The notes under the pieces: model-generated
The model's database searches: none
The model's input: the letters and a program-made list of their open reading frames with translations, nothing else
Told to the model about the DNA's origin: nothing
Shown here: positions 1-7,801 of the stretch, in pieces
How positions within the stretch are numbered: position 1 is the first letter of the stretch
Layout of the letters: the number at the start of each line of letters is the position of its first letter
Position numbers and translations under genes: made by a program
IMG/VR virus record: IMGVR_UViG_3300045988_089817
Location: 1 to 32,468 of that record
Reading direction: 5' to 3' (one strand)
From: a virus
DNA: 32,468 nt

Positions 1-55
1 TTATTTTGCCAATCATTGCCTACAAATAATTTCTTTTGATTGCATACAGCACAAT
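1..55. repeat. 55-bp terminal direct repeat, copy 1 (identical to 32414..32468); probable circular-assembly overlap
   Basis: Bases 1-55 (ttattttgccaatcattgcctacaaataatttcttttgattgcatacagcacaat) recur exactly at 32414-32468. The repeat lies inside an open reading frame that continues across the junction. Confidence 0.9.
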
Positions 56-188
56 AAATCATGTTGTCTTTTATATATTCGTTCTTTTCTAAAGTAAAAT
101 TTGATAAAATGACATTGCCATTTTCATCTATGTTACTACCTATCGTACTTGGATAAGTCTGTTTTAACATTTCCTTGATAGCCTGCAT
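1..188 (-). CDS. DnaC/DnaI-like helicase loader, N-terminal segment (gene wraps across the window ends; continues at 32468..31699)
   Basis: ATG at 188..186 is preceded by GGAGGA (203..198). The frame stays open to base 1 and joins in frame with 32468..31699 once the 55-bp duplicate is removed (133+770 nt = 301 codons). The N-terminus is Cys-rich (CAVCNQK...CVCKC), like a DnaI-type zinc domain. Confidence 0.75.
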   Translation of the reverse strand, partial: MQAIKEMLKQTYPSTIGSNIDENGNVILSNFTLEKNEYIKDNMIYCAVCNQKKLFVGNDWQN

Positions 189-855
189 AATTGTTTTCCT
201 CCTTATATGGATAAATATCAGTCCAATTTTTTAAGATAGATTGCTCTAATATTTTAATTTGAATTTGTTTACTATTTGACAATTTAAATAATTTATTAAT
301 TAGCATAGTTACTGCTCTATCAGTCATAGGTTTTTTTATTAACTTTCTCATTTTTATATAATCACAAATAGTATTTTTGACATCATCATCTTCAACCATA
401 GAATTTAGAATTTCATCGTAAGATGTTTTCTTTCTTTCTTTCTTATTATTATTATCTGTGTTTATATCTGTGTTTATATCTGGTATTGGTTGAACAATTT
501 CGTCGTTTCCATTTAACAATTTTGTCGTTTCCATTTCACAATTTTGTAAAATGGAATACCCCACTTTTGTAATGGCATACCACAAGGTTCTATCGTATGA
601 TGATTTATTATAATTCCCTGTTATCACCAATCCACAATCTATTAGTTTTTTTAAAGCATAGTCGATTTGTCTTTCTGAAGCATAAGGAAACAATTCACTA
701 AATGCTTTTTTACTATTGTAAGTCCAGTAATTACCATCAAAATAGTTAGTATTGTTTGCTTTGTTCTTTTTTATCCAAAACCATAAATGGTTAAGTAAAA
801 CGGCTTCTAATATTCCATATTTTTTCGCTATTTCTACATTAAATGAATGTTGCAT
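136..855 (-). CDS. phage replisome organizer / DnaD-like replication initiator
   Basis: The N-terminus (AKKYGILEAVLLNHLWFWIKKN...NYWTYNSKKAFSELFPYASERQIDYALKKL) is typical of phage replisome-organizer winged-helix domains. The C-terminal part is DnaD-like. It sits directly upstream of the helicase-loader gene. RBS is AAGGAGGAAAAATAAAAATG. Confidence 0.7.
   Translation of the reverse strand: MQHSFNVEIAKKYGILEAVLLNHLWFWIKKNKANNTNYFDGNYWTYNSKKAFSELFPYASERQIDYALKKLIDCGLVITGNYNKSSYDRTLWYAITKVGYSILQNCEMETTKLLNGNDEIVQPIPDINTDINTDNNNKKERKKTSYDEILNSMVEDDDVKNTICDYIKMRKLIKKPMTDRAVTMLINKLFKLSNSKQIQIKILEQSILKNWTDIYPYKEENNYAGYQGNVKTDLSKYDR
455..482. repeat. 12-bp tandem repeat (tctgtgtttata x2.3) inside the replisome organizer gene
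   Basis: Units lie at 455-466 and 467-478, with a partial unit at 479-482. They encode DINTDINTD in the linker of the protein. Confidence 0.85.
493..546. repeat. 22-bp tandem iterons (2 full + 1 partial); candidate replication origin
   Basis: aacaatttcgtcgtttccattt (493-514) and aacaattttgtcgtttccattt (515-536) differ at 1 base. They are followed by a partial unit cacaattttg (537-546). Location is the inter-domain linker of the initiator gene. Confidence 0.6.
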
Positions 856-857
856 TT

Positions 858-1016
858 TTATTTTTCCTCCTTTTTAACTGGTACTAATTTAATAGTTTCA
901 TCATCATAGAACTCTAAATAGAATTCACTACCATATTTATTAATTAGAAATTGTGGTATGGTTATTCTGTTTCTATCCTTATCTGCTTTCTTCATAAATC
1001 TAAATAATAGTTTCAT
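858..1016 (-). CDS. AbrB/SpoVT-like (looped-hinge helix) DNA-binding protein, 52 aa
   Basis: Not in the ORF track (too short). My translation is MKLLFRFMKKADKDRNRITIPQFLINKYGSEFYLEFYDDETIKLVPVKKEEK. The RITIP...G..F.LE.DD..I.L.P pattern matches the AbrB/SpoVT fold. RBS is AAAGGTAGGTGA, and a consensus promoter lies about 30 nt upstream. Confidence 0.55.
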   Translation of the reverse strand: MKLLFRFMKKADKDRNRITIPQFLINKYGSEFYLEFYDDETIKLVPVKKEEK

Positions 1017-1045
1017 TTTATCACCTACCTTTCATATCTAAAACG

Positions 1046-1074
1046 ATTATACACCATTTAAGTGGGTATGTCAA
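1046..1074 (-). promoter_or_regulatory. consensus sigma-A type promoter (TTGACA-17-TATAAT)
   Basis: On the minus strand, TTGACA is at 1074..1069, the spacer is 17 nt, and TATAAT is at 1051..1046. It is about 30 nt upstream of the ATG at 1016. Confidence 0.7.
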
Positions 1075-1077
1075 TAT

Positions 1078-1111
1078 ATAAAAAGAAGAAATATTATCTT
1101 TTTAATATCTC
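1078..1111 (-). terminator. candidate intrinsic terminator after the 156-aa ORF
   Basis: In the minus RNA, GAGAUAUUA (1111..1103) pairs with UAAUAUUUC (1096..1088). This is 9 bp including one G.U, with loop AAAAGA, followed by UUCUUUUUAUAUAU. Confidence 0.45.
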
Positions 1112-1120
1112 CCCCCTTAA

Positions 1121-1591
1121 TTATTCAAAACTGTTTTCAAATTTTATACTTTCTAATTTCTTTTTTAGAGCATTAATTTTATTTTCTGTACTTGTATAAG
1201 CATTTTTAAACCTTTTTAATGAGCATTCTTTATCTGCTAGTCTATTTATACTATCTTTGCAGAAACGAGTTCCTAGAGCCTCAAAATAAGCCATAGCAGG
1301 TGCTTTCCCATCTCTTTCAGTATTCCAATTCTTTCGCTCTTCAGTTGTTTTTATTGCTCTATCTATTTCTATTTGTGTTTTTAATTCTATTATGTCTTTA
1401 GTAAGCCTTGCTATTACTTCTCCTATTATGTAATTAAGATTAGAATAAACTTCTACATTTTGTGCATATTGATACATTGAATTAGGTTCATCTATAATTT
1501 TTTTAAATACTTCTTGATACATACTAGCAAGTTCTTTTTCATTTATACTTTTTATGTTAAAAGGATTAAATAAGAATAATTTTTCTTCCAT
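1121..1591 (-). CDS. hypothetical early protein (156 aa)
   Basis: Long ORF. Its ATG overlaps the upstream stop (TAATG). I recognise no motif. Confidence 0.6.
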   Translation of the reverse strand: MEEKLFLFNPFNIKSINEKELASMYQEVFKKIIDEPNSMYQYAQNVEVYSNLNYIIGEVIARLTKDIIELKTQIEIDRAIKTTEERKNWNTERDGKAPAMAYFEALGTRFCKDSINRLADKECSLKRFKNAYTSTENKINALKKKLESIKFENSFE

Positions 1592-1746
1592 TATTTCCCT
1601 CCTATTCTTTGTATTTTTTCAAGCATCGCCATTACTAAGAACGATGTCTTACTTTGGCCTGTCATTTTTGTTGCTTTTTCTAATTCATTAAACTCCCATT
1701 CGGAAAGCCTAATATTTAATACTTTTGTTTTTGTTTTCTTTCTCAT
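1591..1746 (-). CDS. ribbon-helix-helix (CopG/Arc-like) DNA-binding protein, 51 aa
   Basis: Not in the ORF track. My translation is MRKKTKTKVLNIRLSEWEFNELEKATKMTGQSKTSFLVMAMLEKIQRIGGK. It has a beta-strand (VLNIRLS) followed by two helices. Its stop overlaps the next ATG (TAATG). Confidence 0.55.
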   Translation of the reverse strand: MRKKTKTKVLNIRLSEWEFNELEKATKMTGQSKTSFLVMAMLEKIQRIGGK

Positions 1747-1754
1747 ATTATCTC

Positions 1755-1961
1755 CTATCTACAATATTGGTCATATAATTCACAATATTGATTTTTATAT
1801 TCTTTTAAATCTTCAATTTCTTCTTGTTGTTTTTCTATTTCTGCATAATAATCTTCTAATTTATCAATTAATTCTTCAACAGATACTAAGTCTTGATTTT
1901 TAAATATATCATTTAATGCACCACTATTAATATCTTTTAAATTAATATAAACATTATCCAT
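1755..1961 (-). CDS. hypothetical acidic coiled-coil protein (68 aa)
   Basis: ORF in the operon, with start/stop coupling to its neighbours. Confidence 0.5.
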   Translation of the reverse strand: MDNVYINLKDINSGALNDIFKNQDLVSVEELIDKLEDYYAEIEKQQEEIEDLKEYKNQYCELYDQYCR

Positions 1962-2218
1962 TATTTACACCTCCTTTTATTTCTTTTTTCTTCTGCGTCT
2001 AAATAAATATTGATATTTCTTTTTGTTTTGCTGTTTTCCCACTCATATAATGTAGCTCCATACTTATTTATTTGATAATCTTCTATCTTTCTAATTAATT
2101 CTTCTAGATACTTGAACTCACCATGTCTTTTAATAAATTCAACTCTAAACAAATTTCTAGTTACCATTGCCTTATCTTTATATAAATTAAAGTAAAAATT
2201 CAATTTAAATTCTTCCAT
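1961..2218 (-). CDS. hypothetical protein (85 aa)
   Basis: ORF preceded by the GGGAGGAAAAGAAAATG RBS. Confidence 0.55.
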   Translation of the reverse strand: MEEFKLNFYFNLYKDKAMVTRNLFRVEFIKRHGEFKYLEELIRKIEDYQINKYGATLYEWENSKTKRNINIYLDAEEKRNKRRCK

Positions 2219-2347
2219 TTTCTTTTCCTCCCTTTATTCGCCATTTATTTTAGTTTTAACGAAGTTTTAATAATTTTAATATAATTGGTCTATTTTATTA
2301 TTTTCATTAATTCTAGACTAATTTAATTAAGTCTAGCGGTGTATTTA

Positions 2348-2449
2348 TTAATTTAAAGATGAAATTCTTTGTAAAATTAACAAAGTACCAACAATAATTA
2401 TTGAATAAAATATAATTATACCTTTATTTTCTTTTAAAAACTTTTTCAT
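2348..2449 (-). CDS. possible small membrane peptide (33 aa)
   Basis: My translation is MKKFLKENKGIIIFYSIIIVGTLLILQRISSLN, with RBS GAAAGGAGAAAGAATATAATG. It has one hydrophobic helix. Confidence 0.3.
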   Translation of the reverse strand: MKKFLKENKGIIIFYSIIIVGTLLILQRISSLN

Positions 2450-2535
2450 TATATTCTTTCTCCTTTCTTAACTCCATAATATTCATATAAGTCCATATCT
2501 AAGTTGTCTTTTAACCATTTAATTATCTTTTTCAT
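2449..2535 (-). CDS. possible mini-ORF (28 aa)
   Basis: My translation is MKKIIKWLKDNLDMDLYEYYGVKKGERI. Its stop overlaps the next ATG (TAATG). Confidence 0.2.
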   Translation of the reverse strand: MKKIIKWLKDNLDMDLYEYYGVKKGERI

Positions 2536-2580
2536 TATAATCACCTTTTCTTTTTTATATCTTTAAACTGAGGAGAACTT

Positions 2581-2712
2581 TTAGTTCTCACTCAATTTTC
2601 TAATTATGTTATCTGTCATTATGAATTCTTCATATTTGCCAGTTCCTTTTGTAAGAAATCTTGTTAATAATGTTATTATCAAATTAATTTCTTCTTTAGT
2701 TAATTTTTCCAT
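2581..2712 (-). CDS. small hypothetical protein (43 aa), first gene after the early promoter
   Basis: My translation is MEKLTKEEINLIITLLTRFLTKGTGKYEEFIMTDNIIRKLSEN. It has a strong RBS (AAGGAAAGGAGAATAAATAATG) and lies about 30 nt downstream of a consensus -10. Confidence 0.4.
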   Translation of the reverse strand: MEKLTKEEINLIITLLTRFLTKGTGKYEEFIMTDNIIRKLSEN

Positions 2713-2743
2713 TATTTATTCTCCTTTCCTTAATTACAATATT

Positions 2744-2773
2744 ATTATAACATAATGTATTTACATTTGTCAA
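2744..2773 (-). promoter_or_regulatory. consensus early promoter (TTGACA-18-TGtTATAAT)
   Basis: On the minus strand, TTGACA is at 2773..2768, the spacer is 18 nt, and TATAAT is at 2749..2744 with TG at 2752..2751. It lies immediately downstream of the terminator that ends the late operon. Confidence 0.7.
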
Positions 2774-2824
2774 CACATTTTAATAATTTTTTTAATTTTT
2801 TTACATTTTCTTTATAAACCCTTA

Positions 2825-2861
2825 TAAAATAAAGAAAAAAGAGTTAATTTTTTTTAACTCT
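2825..2861 (-). terminator. intrinsic terminator closing the late/lysis operon
   Basis: In the minus RNA, AGAGUUAA pairs with UUAACUCU (stem arms at 2840-2847 and 2854-2861, loop A6), followed by UUUUUCUUUAUUUUA. The stop codon of the HNH ORF lies in the stem. Confidence 0.65.
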
Positions 2862-3164
2862 CTTTAATATTTTACCTATATTTTGGTAATATTCTTCGTT
2901 TGGAGGTTGCATACTTTCATTTAATTCTCTGAATAAATTATTTAATTCATTATATGCTTGTAAATCTATTTTTTCAATTCTATGCAAGTCCTCATGAGAT
3001 TTCTCTATTAATAAAGCATAATTAGATATATCGTTTGCACCTCCATATACTTTTTTAAATATATGGTGTCTTGTTAATGGAGTGTTTCTATATATCTTGT
3101 ATCCCATCCAATCTCTTTCTTTTGTTTTATAGATTTTAAGCATTATCTTAACATCTTTATTCAA
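2844..3164 (-). CDS. small HNH-family endonuclease (106 aa)
   Basis: LTRHHIFKKVYGGANDISNYALLIEKSHEDLH fits the H-N-H spacing. Confidence 0.5.
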   Translation of the reverse strand: MNKDVKIMLKIYKTKERDWMGYKIYRNTPLTRHHIFKKVYGGANDISNYALLIEKSHEDLHRIEKIDLQAYNELNNLFRELNESMQPPNEEYYQNIGKILKRVKKN

Positions 3165-3660
3165 CTTTTTCTATCTCTGCATATTTCCAAATAAAGCCAC
3201 CTGCTTGTTTTATTTTACCTTTACAACAATTACATATACCACTTCTAGAAACTCCTGTTTTTTCACTTGCTTCTTTCCCTGTGATATAAGTATCAATCAA
3301 AACTCCATTCAGAGAAAATTGACTAACTGGTTTTAATTTTCTTTCACCATGATAATAAGCATAAATTAAATTATAACTATAGTTGCATTCTTCTAAATTA
3401 TTTAATTCGTTGTCCCTTTTATCGCTATTAATGTGATTTATAATGCTATTTTTATTTTTAAATCCTTTGAATGTTTCATAAACAAGTCTGTGAATATATT
3501 TTTTGTTTTTTCTTCCTAAATTAACAAACAAATAATTATTTACATTATTGCAATTCTTATATAAATGTTTTTTTGTTTTTTTATTTCTAACATTTCCTAA
3601 ATTACTAACTTGATATAATCCCTCATAACCAACTATATCTTTCCATACTTCATTTTCCAT
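3157..3660 (-). CDS. free-standing homing endonuclease, NUMOD4 + HNH_3 type
   Basis: WKDIVGYEGLYQVSNLGNVRN is a NUMOD4 motif. HRLVYETF...INHINSDKRDNELNNLE is the HNH_3 core. The C-terminus has a helix-turn-helix-like segment (GKEASEKTGVSRSGI). I moved the start to ATG 3660 because GGGAGG lies within the track's first codons. Confidence 0.8.
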   Translation of the reverse strand: MENEVWKDIVGYEGLYQVSNLGNVRNKKTKKHLYKNCNNVNNYLFVNLGRKNKKYIHRLVYETFKGFKNKNSIINHINSDKRDNELNNLEECNYSYNLIYAYYHGERKLKPVSQFSLNGVLIDTYITGKEASEKTGVSRSGICNCCKGKIKQAGGFIWKYAEIEKVE

Positions 3661-3735
3661 TTTAATACCTCCCACAACAAAGTATTAGAGGAGCAGTTGT
3701 GGTACTCCTCATAAATAATTATAACAAATAATTTA

Positions 3736-4656
3736 TTAATTGTCTATATATGCTTGAAACTTTGTTGCAACAACACTTCTTTCTCCCGCATATCCATCAA
3801 ACCCTGAACCTTTAATTGTATCTTTTTGATATGGATAATCATTTACTTTATAGTAAATATATTTATATCCACTTTCTTTAATTATATCCTTTGGTGTATA
3901 ATAGTATGCTTCTACAGTTGCAATTGGTTCACCATTTCCAGCACATCCAGTATTATGATTGTTAATATCACATTCAGTTACCCAAGGAAGTGTTAATCCG
4001 CTTGTTGTTGTAACTCTATATTTAAGACCACCTTTATCCGTTTTCATTGCAAGATATCTAATTGGATGGTCACTCCAACCAGCATAATCTTCAAGATTTT
4101 TAACCATTGGTAGTACACCATCTTCTTTAGTTTCTACTTGATAATAAACATTAACTTTATTTGAAACAGGTTTATCTTCTAATTTAGCCTTTATCATATT
4201 TAAAAACCTATCCCAACCCATATCTAATGTTCTATGAGGGCAATATTTATGATTTCCATAGTCTTGATGTTTTGTTACTCTATCAATTCCCCATCCATAT
4301 CTTTTTAATATATCTACGATTAAGTCAACTGCATTTTGTTCGGCTTTGATAAATCTTTCTCCGCCAGATTTTGAATAACATATTTCTATTGCTATACCCT
4401 CTCTATTTCCTTTGCCATTGCCATCCGAAGCATGCCAGCCATTTCTATTTTCTTCTATTCCTTGCACTATTTCTTTATCATCAACAGCATAATGGAACGA
4501 TGTCTCATTGTTATTATTTGTCATATATGCTATTTCATTTCTAGCAGTAGCATCGTTAGCAGTATTATGTACTACTATTCTTGTAGGTGTCATACTATAA
4601 GGACATTTTATTCCCCATTTGCTTTCTGGTACTAATTTTTTTATTATATTTACCAT
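3736..4656 (-). CDS. endolysin, N-acetylmuramoyl-L-alanine amidase (Amidase_2/PGRP type) with C-terminal wall-binding domain
   Basis: The N-terminus (IVVHNTAN...SFHYAVDD...GWHA...NREGIAIEIC...VTKHQDY..KYCP) matches the zinc-amidase pattern. The gene follows the holins. Confidence 0.85.
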   Translation of the reverse strand: MVNIIKKLVPESKWGIKCPYSMTPTRIVVHNTANDATARNEIAYMTNNNNETSFHYAVDDKEIVQGIEENRNGWHASDGNGKGNREGIAIEICYSKSGGERFIKAEQNAVDLIVDILKRYGWGIDRVTKHQDYGNHKYCPHRTLDMGWDRFLNMIKAKLEDKPVSNKVNVYYQVETKEDGVLPMVKNLEDYAGWSDHPIRYLAMKTDKGGLKYRVTTTSGLTLPWVTECDINNHNTGCAGNGEPIATVEAYYYTPKDIIKESGYKYIYYKVNDYPYQKDTIKGSGFDGYAGERSVVATKFQAYIDN

Positions 4657-4661
4657 ATTAT

Positions 4662-4913
4662 CTACTCTCCTTTTATTAATTTCTCTAAATTATGGAATAT
4701 GTCGTATGTTCCACCAGCAATTATTCCACTTAAAGCAATAGCAACTTTAAAATCTTTAGTTACTATCCACTCTATTAAAGCAACTATCAATCCAACTAAG
4801 ATATTCTGTATTGGTATTAATTTATTATTTAATTTAGTATGCTTCTTTGATATCATGCCTAATACCCAAGTTACTAGGATAGTTATTAAACTTATTAATG
4901 TGCTTAATTCCAT
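4662..4913 (-). CDS. holin (83 aa, multi-TM)
   Basis: It has two or three hydrophobic helices and a charged C-terminus. It lies immediately upstream of the endolysin, with an ATG/stop overlap to the upstream ORF. Confidence 0.6.
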   Translation of the reverse strand: MELSTLISLITILVTWVLGMISKKHTKLNNKLIPIQNILVGLIVALIEWIVTKDFKVAIALSGIIAGGTYDIFHNLEKLIKGE

Positions 4914-5122
4914 TATTCACACCTCACTTTCAATTCTTTTATTTCTTCCTTTATATACTTAATATCATCTTCTAAATGATATGTTCTTTCTACTACTGAA
5001 TTATGTTTCTCAACCTTTTTTTCTAATTGAGTAATTCTATATTTGATTAAGTTCATACCAACAAAAGAGCCTATACCAGTACCTAGAAATGATATTAGTG
5101 CTACTATTATAGTGTCGCTCAT
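4913..5122 (-). CDS. BhlA/UviB-like holin-like protein (69 aa)
   Basis: It has an N-terminal TM helix (IIVALISFLGTGIGSFVGMNLI) followed by a charged coiled coil. It is the first gene of the lysis cassette. RBS is AAAAAGGAGGAAATATG. Confidence 0.5.
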   Translation of the reverse strand: MSDTIIVALISFLGTGIGSFVGMNLIKYRITQLEKKVEKHNSVVERTYHLEDDIKYIKEEIKELKVRCE

Positions 5123-5162
5123 ATTTCCTCCTTTTTATTTTACAATCTTATGTCAACCACCC

Positions 5163-5247
5163 CCCTACCCCACTATATAAAGCCTTATTTTATAAGGTAT
5201 AGTGGGCTTTTTACTATTTGAAATATAGTCTTTATAGTAGGGTAGGG
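5163..5247 (-). promoter_or_regulatory. structured RNA leader with mutually exclusive pairings upstream of the lysis cassette
   Basis: In the minus RNA, UAUAGUGGGGUAGGG (5177..5163) can pair over 15 bp with CCCUACCCUACUAUA (5247..5233), or locally over 9 bp with CCCACUAUA (5206..5198). The single non-Watson-Crick position is G.U on the minus strand but C.A on the plus strand. Confidence 0.4.
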
Positions 5248-5280
5248 TATTTACATTGTTTACATTATTTGATTTATCAC

Positions 5281-5760
5281 TTATGATACTCTTTGCCAAA
5301 GGGCTACCACTTGATATGGTGGCATATTATTGTGGGCTTGTCCACCACCTGTATAGGTTATTAAATCATCTCTAGGTGAAGCCGTTTTAATAGTTGTTGT
5401 TCCAGCATAAACATTTCCACTTGGCCCATAATAAGTATTATGGCTATGACTAGGTATTTCGTCAATTGTTAATGTATGTGTCTTTTCTCCACCTGTTTTA
5501 CCAATAGTATTAAAATCTGTATCAGCACTATCTATACCTACCAACATTTTACCACTTGCTATTCTTTTCCAAGTAAAACCTAAATAATTACTGTGGTCAT
5601 CATTATCGTTAAATATTACTACCTTTTTTATTGGAAAGAATAAATTAGCAAGAGAATTTACAACTTGTTTTATTTCATTCATATCACCAGCAGTTACTTT
5701 ATTTACATTAGCAATATCTGCATTTTCATATAACGCCACCTTATCCTCATAAGTTATCAT
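5281..5760 (-). CDS. tail fibre-associated protein with phage tail collar domain
   Basis: GGEKTHTLTIDEIPSHSH...GGGQAHNNMPPYQVVALWQR matches the tail-collar (microcystin-dependent protein-like) pattern. Confidence 0.7.
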   Translation of the reverse strand: MITYEDKVALYENADIANVNKVTAGDMNEIKQVVNSLANLFFPIKKVVIFNDNDDHSNYLGFTWKRIASGKMLVGIDSADTDFNTIGKTGGEKTHTLTIDEIPSHSHNTYYGPSGNVYAGTTTIKTASPRDDLITYTGGGQAHNNMPPYQVVALWQRVS

Positions 5761-5834
5761 AAGTTACCTCCTTGAGAAGCATTAATTAAATAATAAACCC
5801 ACCTTTTTGTCAACTTATTGTTTATTTGTTTCAT
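5757..5834 (-). CDS. possible 25-aa mini-ORF between the tail genes
   Basis: My translation is MKQINNKLTKRWVYYLINASQGGNL, with a strong RBS (AAAGGAGGAAGATAAAATG). Its stop overlaps the next ATG (ATGA). Confidence 0.25.
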   Translation of the reverse strand: MKQINNKLTKRWVYYLINASQGGNL

Positions 5835-5848
5835 TTTATCTTCCTCCT

Positions 5849-7792
5849 TTATACTATTTCCACCATTTGAGTGATATTATAAAATCCATCTGCTATAAAT
5901 ATTGAAGTTATAGTCTGATAAACTGTTATTTCATCATTACTTATTATTTGAATATTTGTTATATCCTTTGATGCATATATATCAAAATCATATATATAAC
6001 TTGTATCACTAATCTTATAAATTTGATTAGCATTTAATTGAATTATATAATTAGTATTATCAGTAAAATTAATTTTTACTTTTAATGCTTTCATATTATT
6101 ATAATCGGTCGTTTCTGATATACTATTATTTAGCCTGCTCGCCCCTATTGGGTTAAGTATAGGGTTAACTTCATCATTATCATTTCTTATTTGCAAAGTA
6201 TTTATGAAATTTATATTTAATGTTTCATATATATTTTTAACAATAGTTTCTGAATTACTTATTAATATAGAATTAGTTTTACCTAACAAGTTTTCTTTTG
6301 CTATAATATCATCATTTAAATAAGTATTTGGTACTTCAATTGTACTTTGTGTAGTTCTTCCACTTATTGTTTTATTATATAAATTTCTTGCGAATATTGG
6401 TATATTTAAACTATTATATAATATTCCAGAATTAGGAACCATACTATCTAAATCTTGATATGGAAGTCCATTATAATTATTTTCATTATATATCTCTAGT
6501 GTTGAATACAATAAATTTATTAATTGAAATTGATAATTATATAAATTAAATTGCTTTGTAACATTATAGAATATTATAGGATTAGAAACAGATTGACTAA
6601 TATTTTCTTTTTCAACTAAATAAACTTGATTATTTGCAATTCTTCCTATATATAATGTATAAACAGAAATATTTGTATAGCATAACATAAATATATTTAC
6701 ATCATTGCCTTTTATACTCATTCCTAACCCACCATAATCTTGCTCTTCTAAATAATTGTCTAATACAAATTGATTTTTATATATATTGGCAACAACACCA
6801 TCTTTTATATTAAAAATTTCATATAGAGCATATTTATTTGTACTTCCTTTTTCAAAAGTATATTGATATATTATAGAATAGAAATTATTTTTTTGTTTTA
6901 TTTTAGATATATTTCTAATAACATTAGATACTGTTAATTTTTCACTGTAATTTAAAACATTTATTGAAGTAAGTGAAATATTATCTCCATTTTTATTATA
7001 TACACTTAGCATATTATCACTTGAAATACCTATCATTTGAAAATCTAGATTATTTTCATTATCCCAAGTCTGCCACATATCATTTATTGCATAAGATACA
7101 CTAGTACCAAAACTACTATCGCTTTCAAATAATTTCCATTCATTTTCTGCTCCAACATTAATAGTAAGTTCTACAGCGATAGGAAATTTTCCTGTTGCTG
7201 TTGTATTAGTTCCACCAAATAAATAATTGCCTCCTCCAATTCTTCTTCGTATAAAATCATAAGCATAACTTCTTAAATTGCTAGGAAATTCATAAGATTT
7301 TTTAATTATTAATTTATATTCTGTATCACTAGGTAATTTAACAGTAGGGTTATTTAATAAAAGAAATCTTAAAGTTCCTAATCCCTCTCCATATCTTTCT
7401 ATTGCCATTAAATTACCAGTTTCATCTGCTTCTAATTTTAGCATTCTATCAATTTTTACACCACTTGAATATTTTGTAATTACTTGTATTATATTAAATC
7501 CAACATCTACAATAACAATATATCCATTTAATTCTCTATTTATATCATCGACAACACCATATATTAATGTTTTATCAAGCCCATCATCACTTGCATTTTT
7601 ACTTTGAAATGAGCCATATATATATAATCTATATACTTCGTGTCCTTGCTTTTTTAATTCTGCTTTTAAATTATCAGTGAAATTATTAGTTGTTTCTTTT
7701 ATTTGCTCTATAGTAGGTTTATCTTCTTTATTCTGTATTTCATATTTGCCACATAAATATGTTATAATTTTACTTTTAAAATCATCTGTCAT
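5849..7792 (-). CDS. tail fibre / receptor-binding protein candidate (647 aa)
   Basis: Large Asn/Ile-rich ORF located after the tail hub gene and before the collar-domain protein. The assignment is positional. Confidence 0.5.
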   Translation of the reverse strand: MTDDFKSKIITYLCGKYEIQNKEDKPTIEQIKETTNNFTDNLKAELKKQGHEVYRLYIYGSFQSKNASDDGLDKTLIYGVVDDINRELNGYIVIVDVGFNIIQVITKYSSGVKIDRMLKLEADETGNLMAIERYGEGLGTLRFLLLNNPTVKLPSDTEYKLIIKKSYEFPSNLRSYAYDFIRRRIGGGNYLFGGTNTTATGKFPIAVELTINVGAENEWKLFESDSSFGTSVSYAINDMWQTWDNENNLDFQMIGISSDNMLSVYNKNGDNISLTSINVLNYSEKLTVSNVIRNISKIKQKNNFYSIIYQYTFEKGSTNKYALYEIFNIKDGVVANIYKNQFVLDNYLEEQDYGGLGMSIKGNDVNIFMLCYTNISVYTLYIGRIANNQVYLVEKENISQSVSNPIIFYNVTKQFNLYNYQFQLINLLYSTLEIYNENNYNGLPYQDLDSMVPNSGILYNSLNIPIFARNLYNKTISGRTTQSTIEVPNTYLNDDIIAKENLLGKTNSILISNSETIVKNIYETLNINFINTLQIRNDNDEVNPILNPIGASRLNNSISETTDYNNMKALKVKINFTDNTNYIIQLNANQIYKISDTSYIYDFDIYASKDITNIQIISNDEITVYQTITSIFIADGFYNITQMVEIV

Positions 7793-7801
7793 AATTACCT
7801 C

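Noticed and set aside
1-55. The 55-bp end repeat as attL/attR or a true phage direct terminal repeat
   Set aside because: It lies in the middle of the helicase-loader reading frame, and there is no integrase. The simplest reading is overlap from circular assembly. It is kept as a low-interest finding because only read data can decide.
455-546. Tandem repeats as a CRISPR array
   Set aside because: The units are directly adjacent with no spacers, there are only 2-3 copies, and they lie inside a coding region.
3672-3700. Hairpins (GAGGAG/CTCCTC and CCACAAC/GTTGTGG) after the endolysin gene as a terminator
   Set aside because: There is no U-run on the minus strand after either stem, and the next gene's SD overlaps the structure.
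5151-5156. TTGACA hexamer (minus strand) just upstream of the holin gene as a lysis promoter
   Set aside because: No acceptable -10 lies 16-18 nt downstream; the sequence runs straight into the SD.
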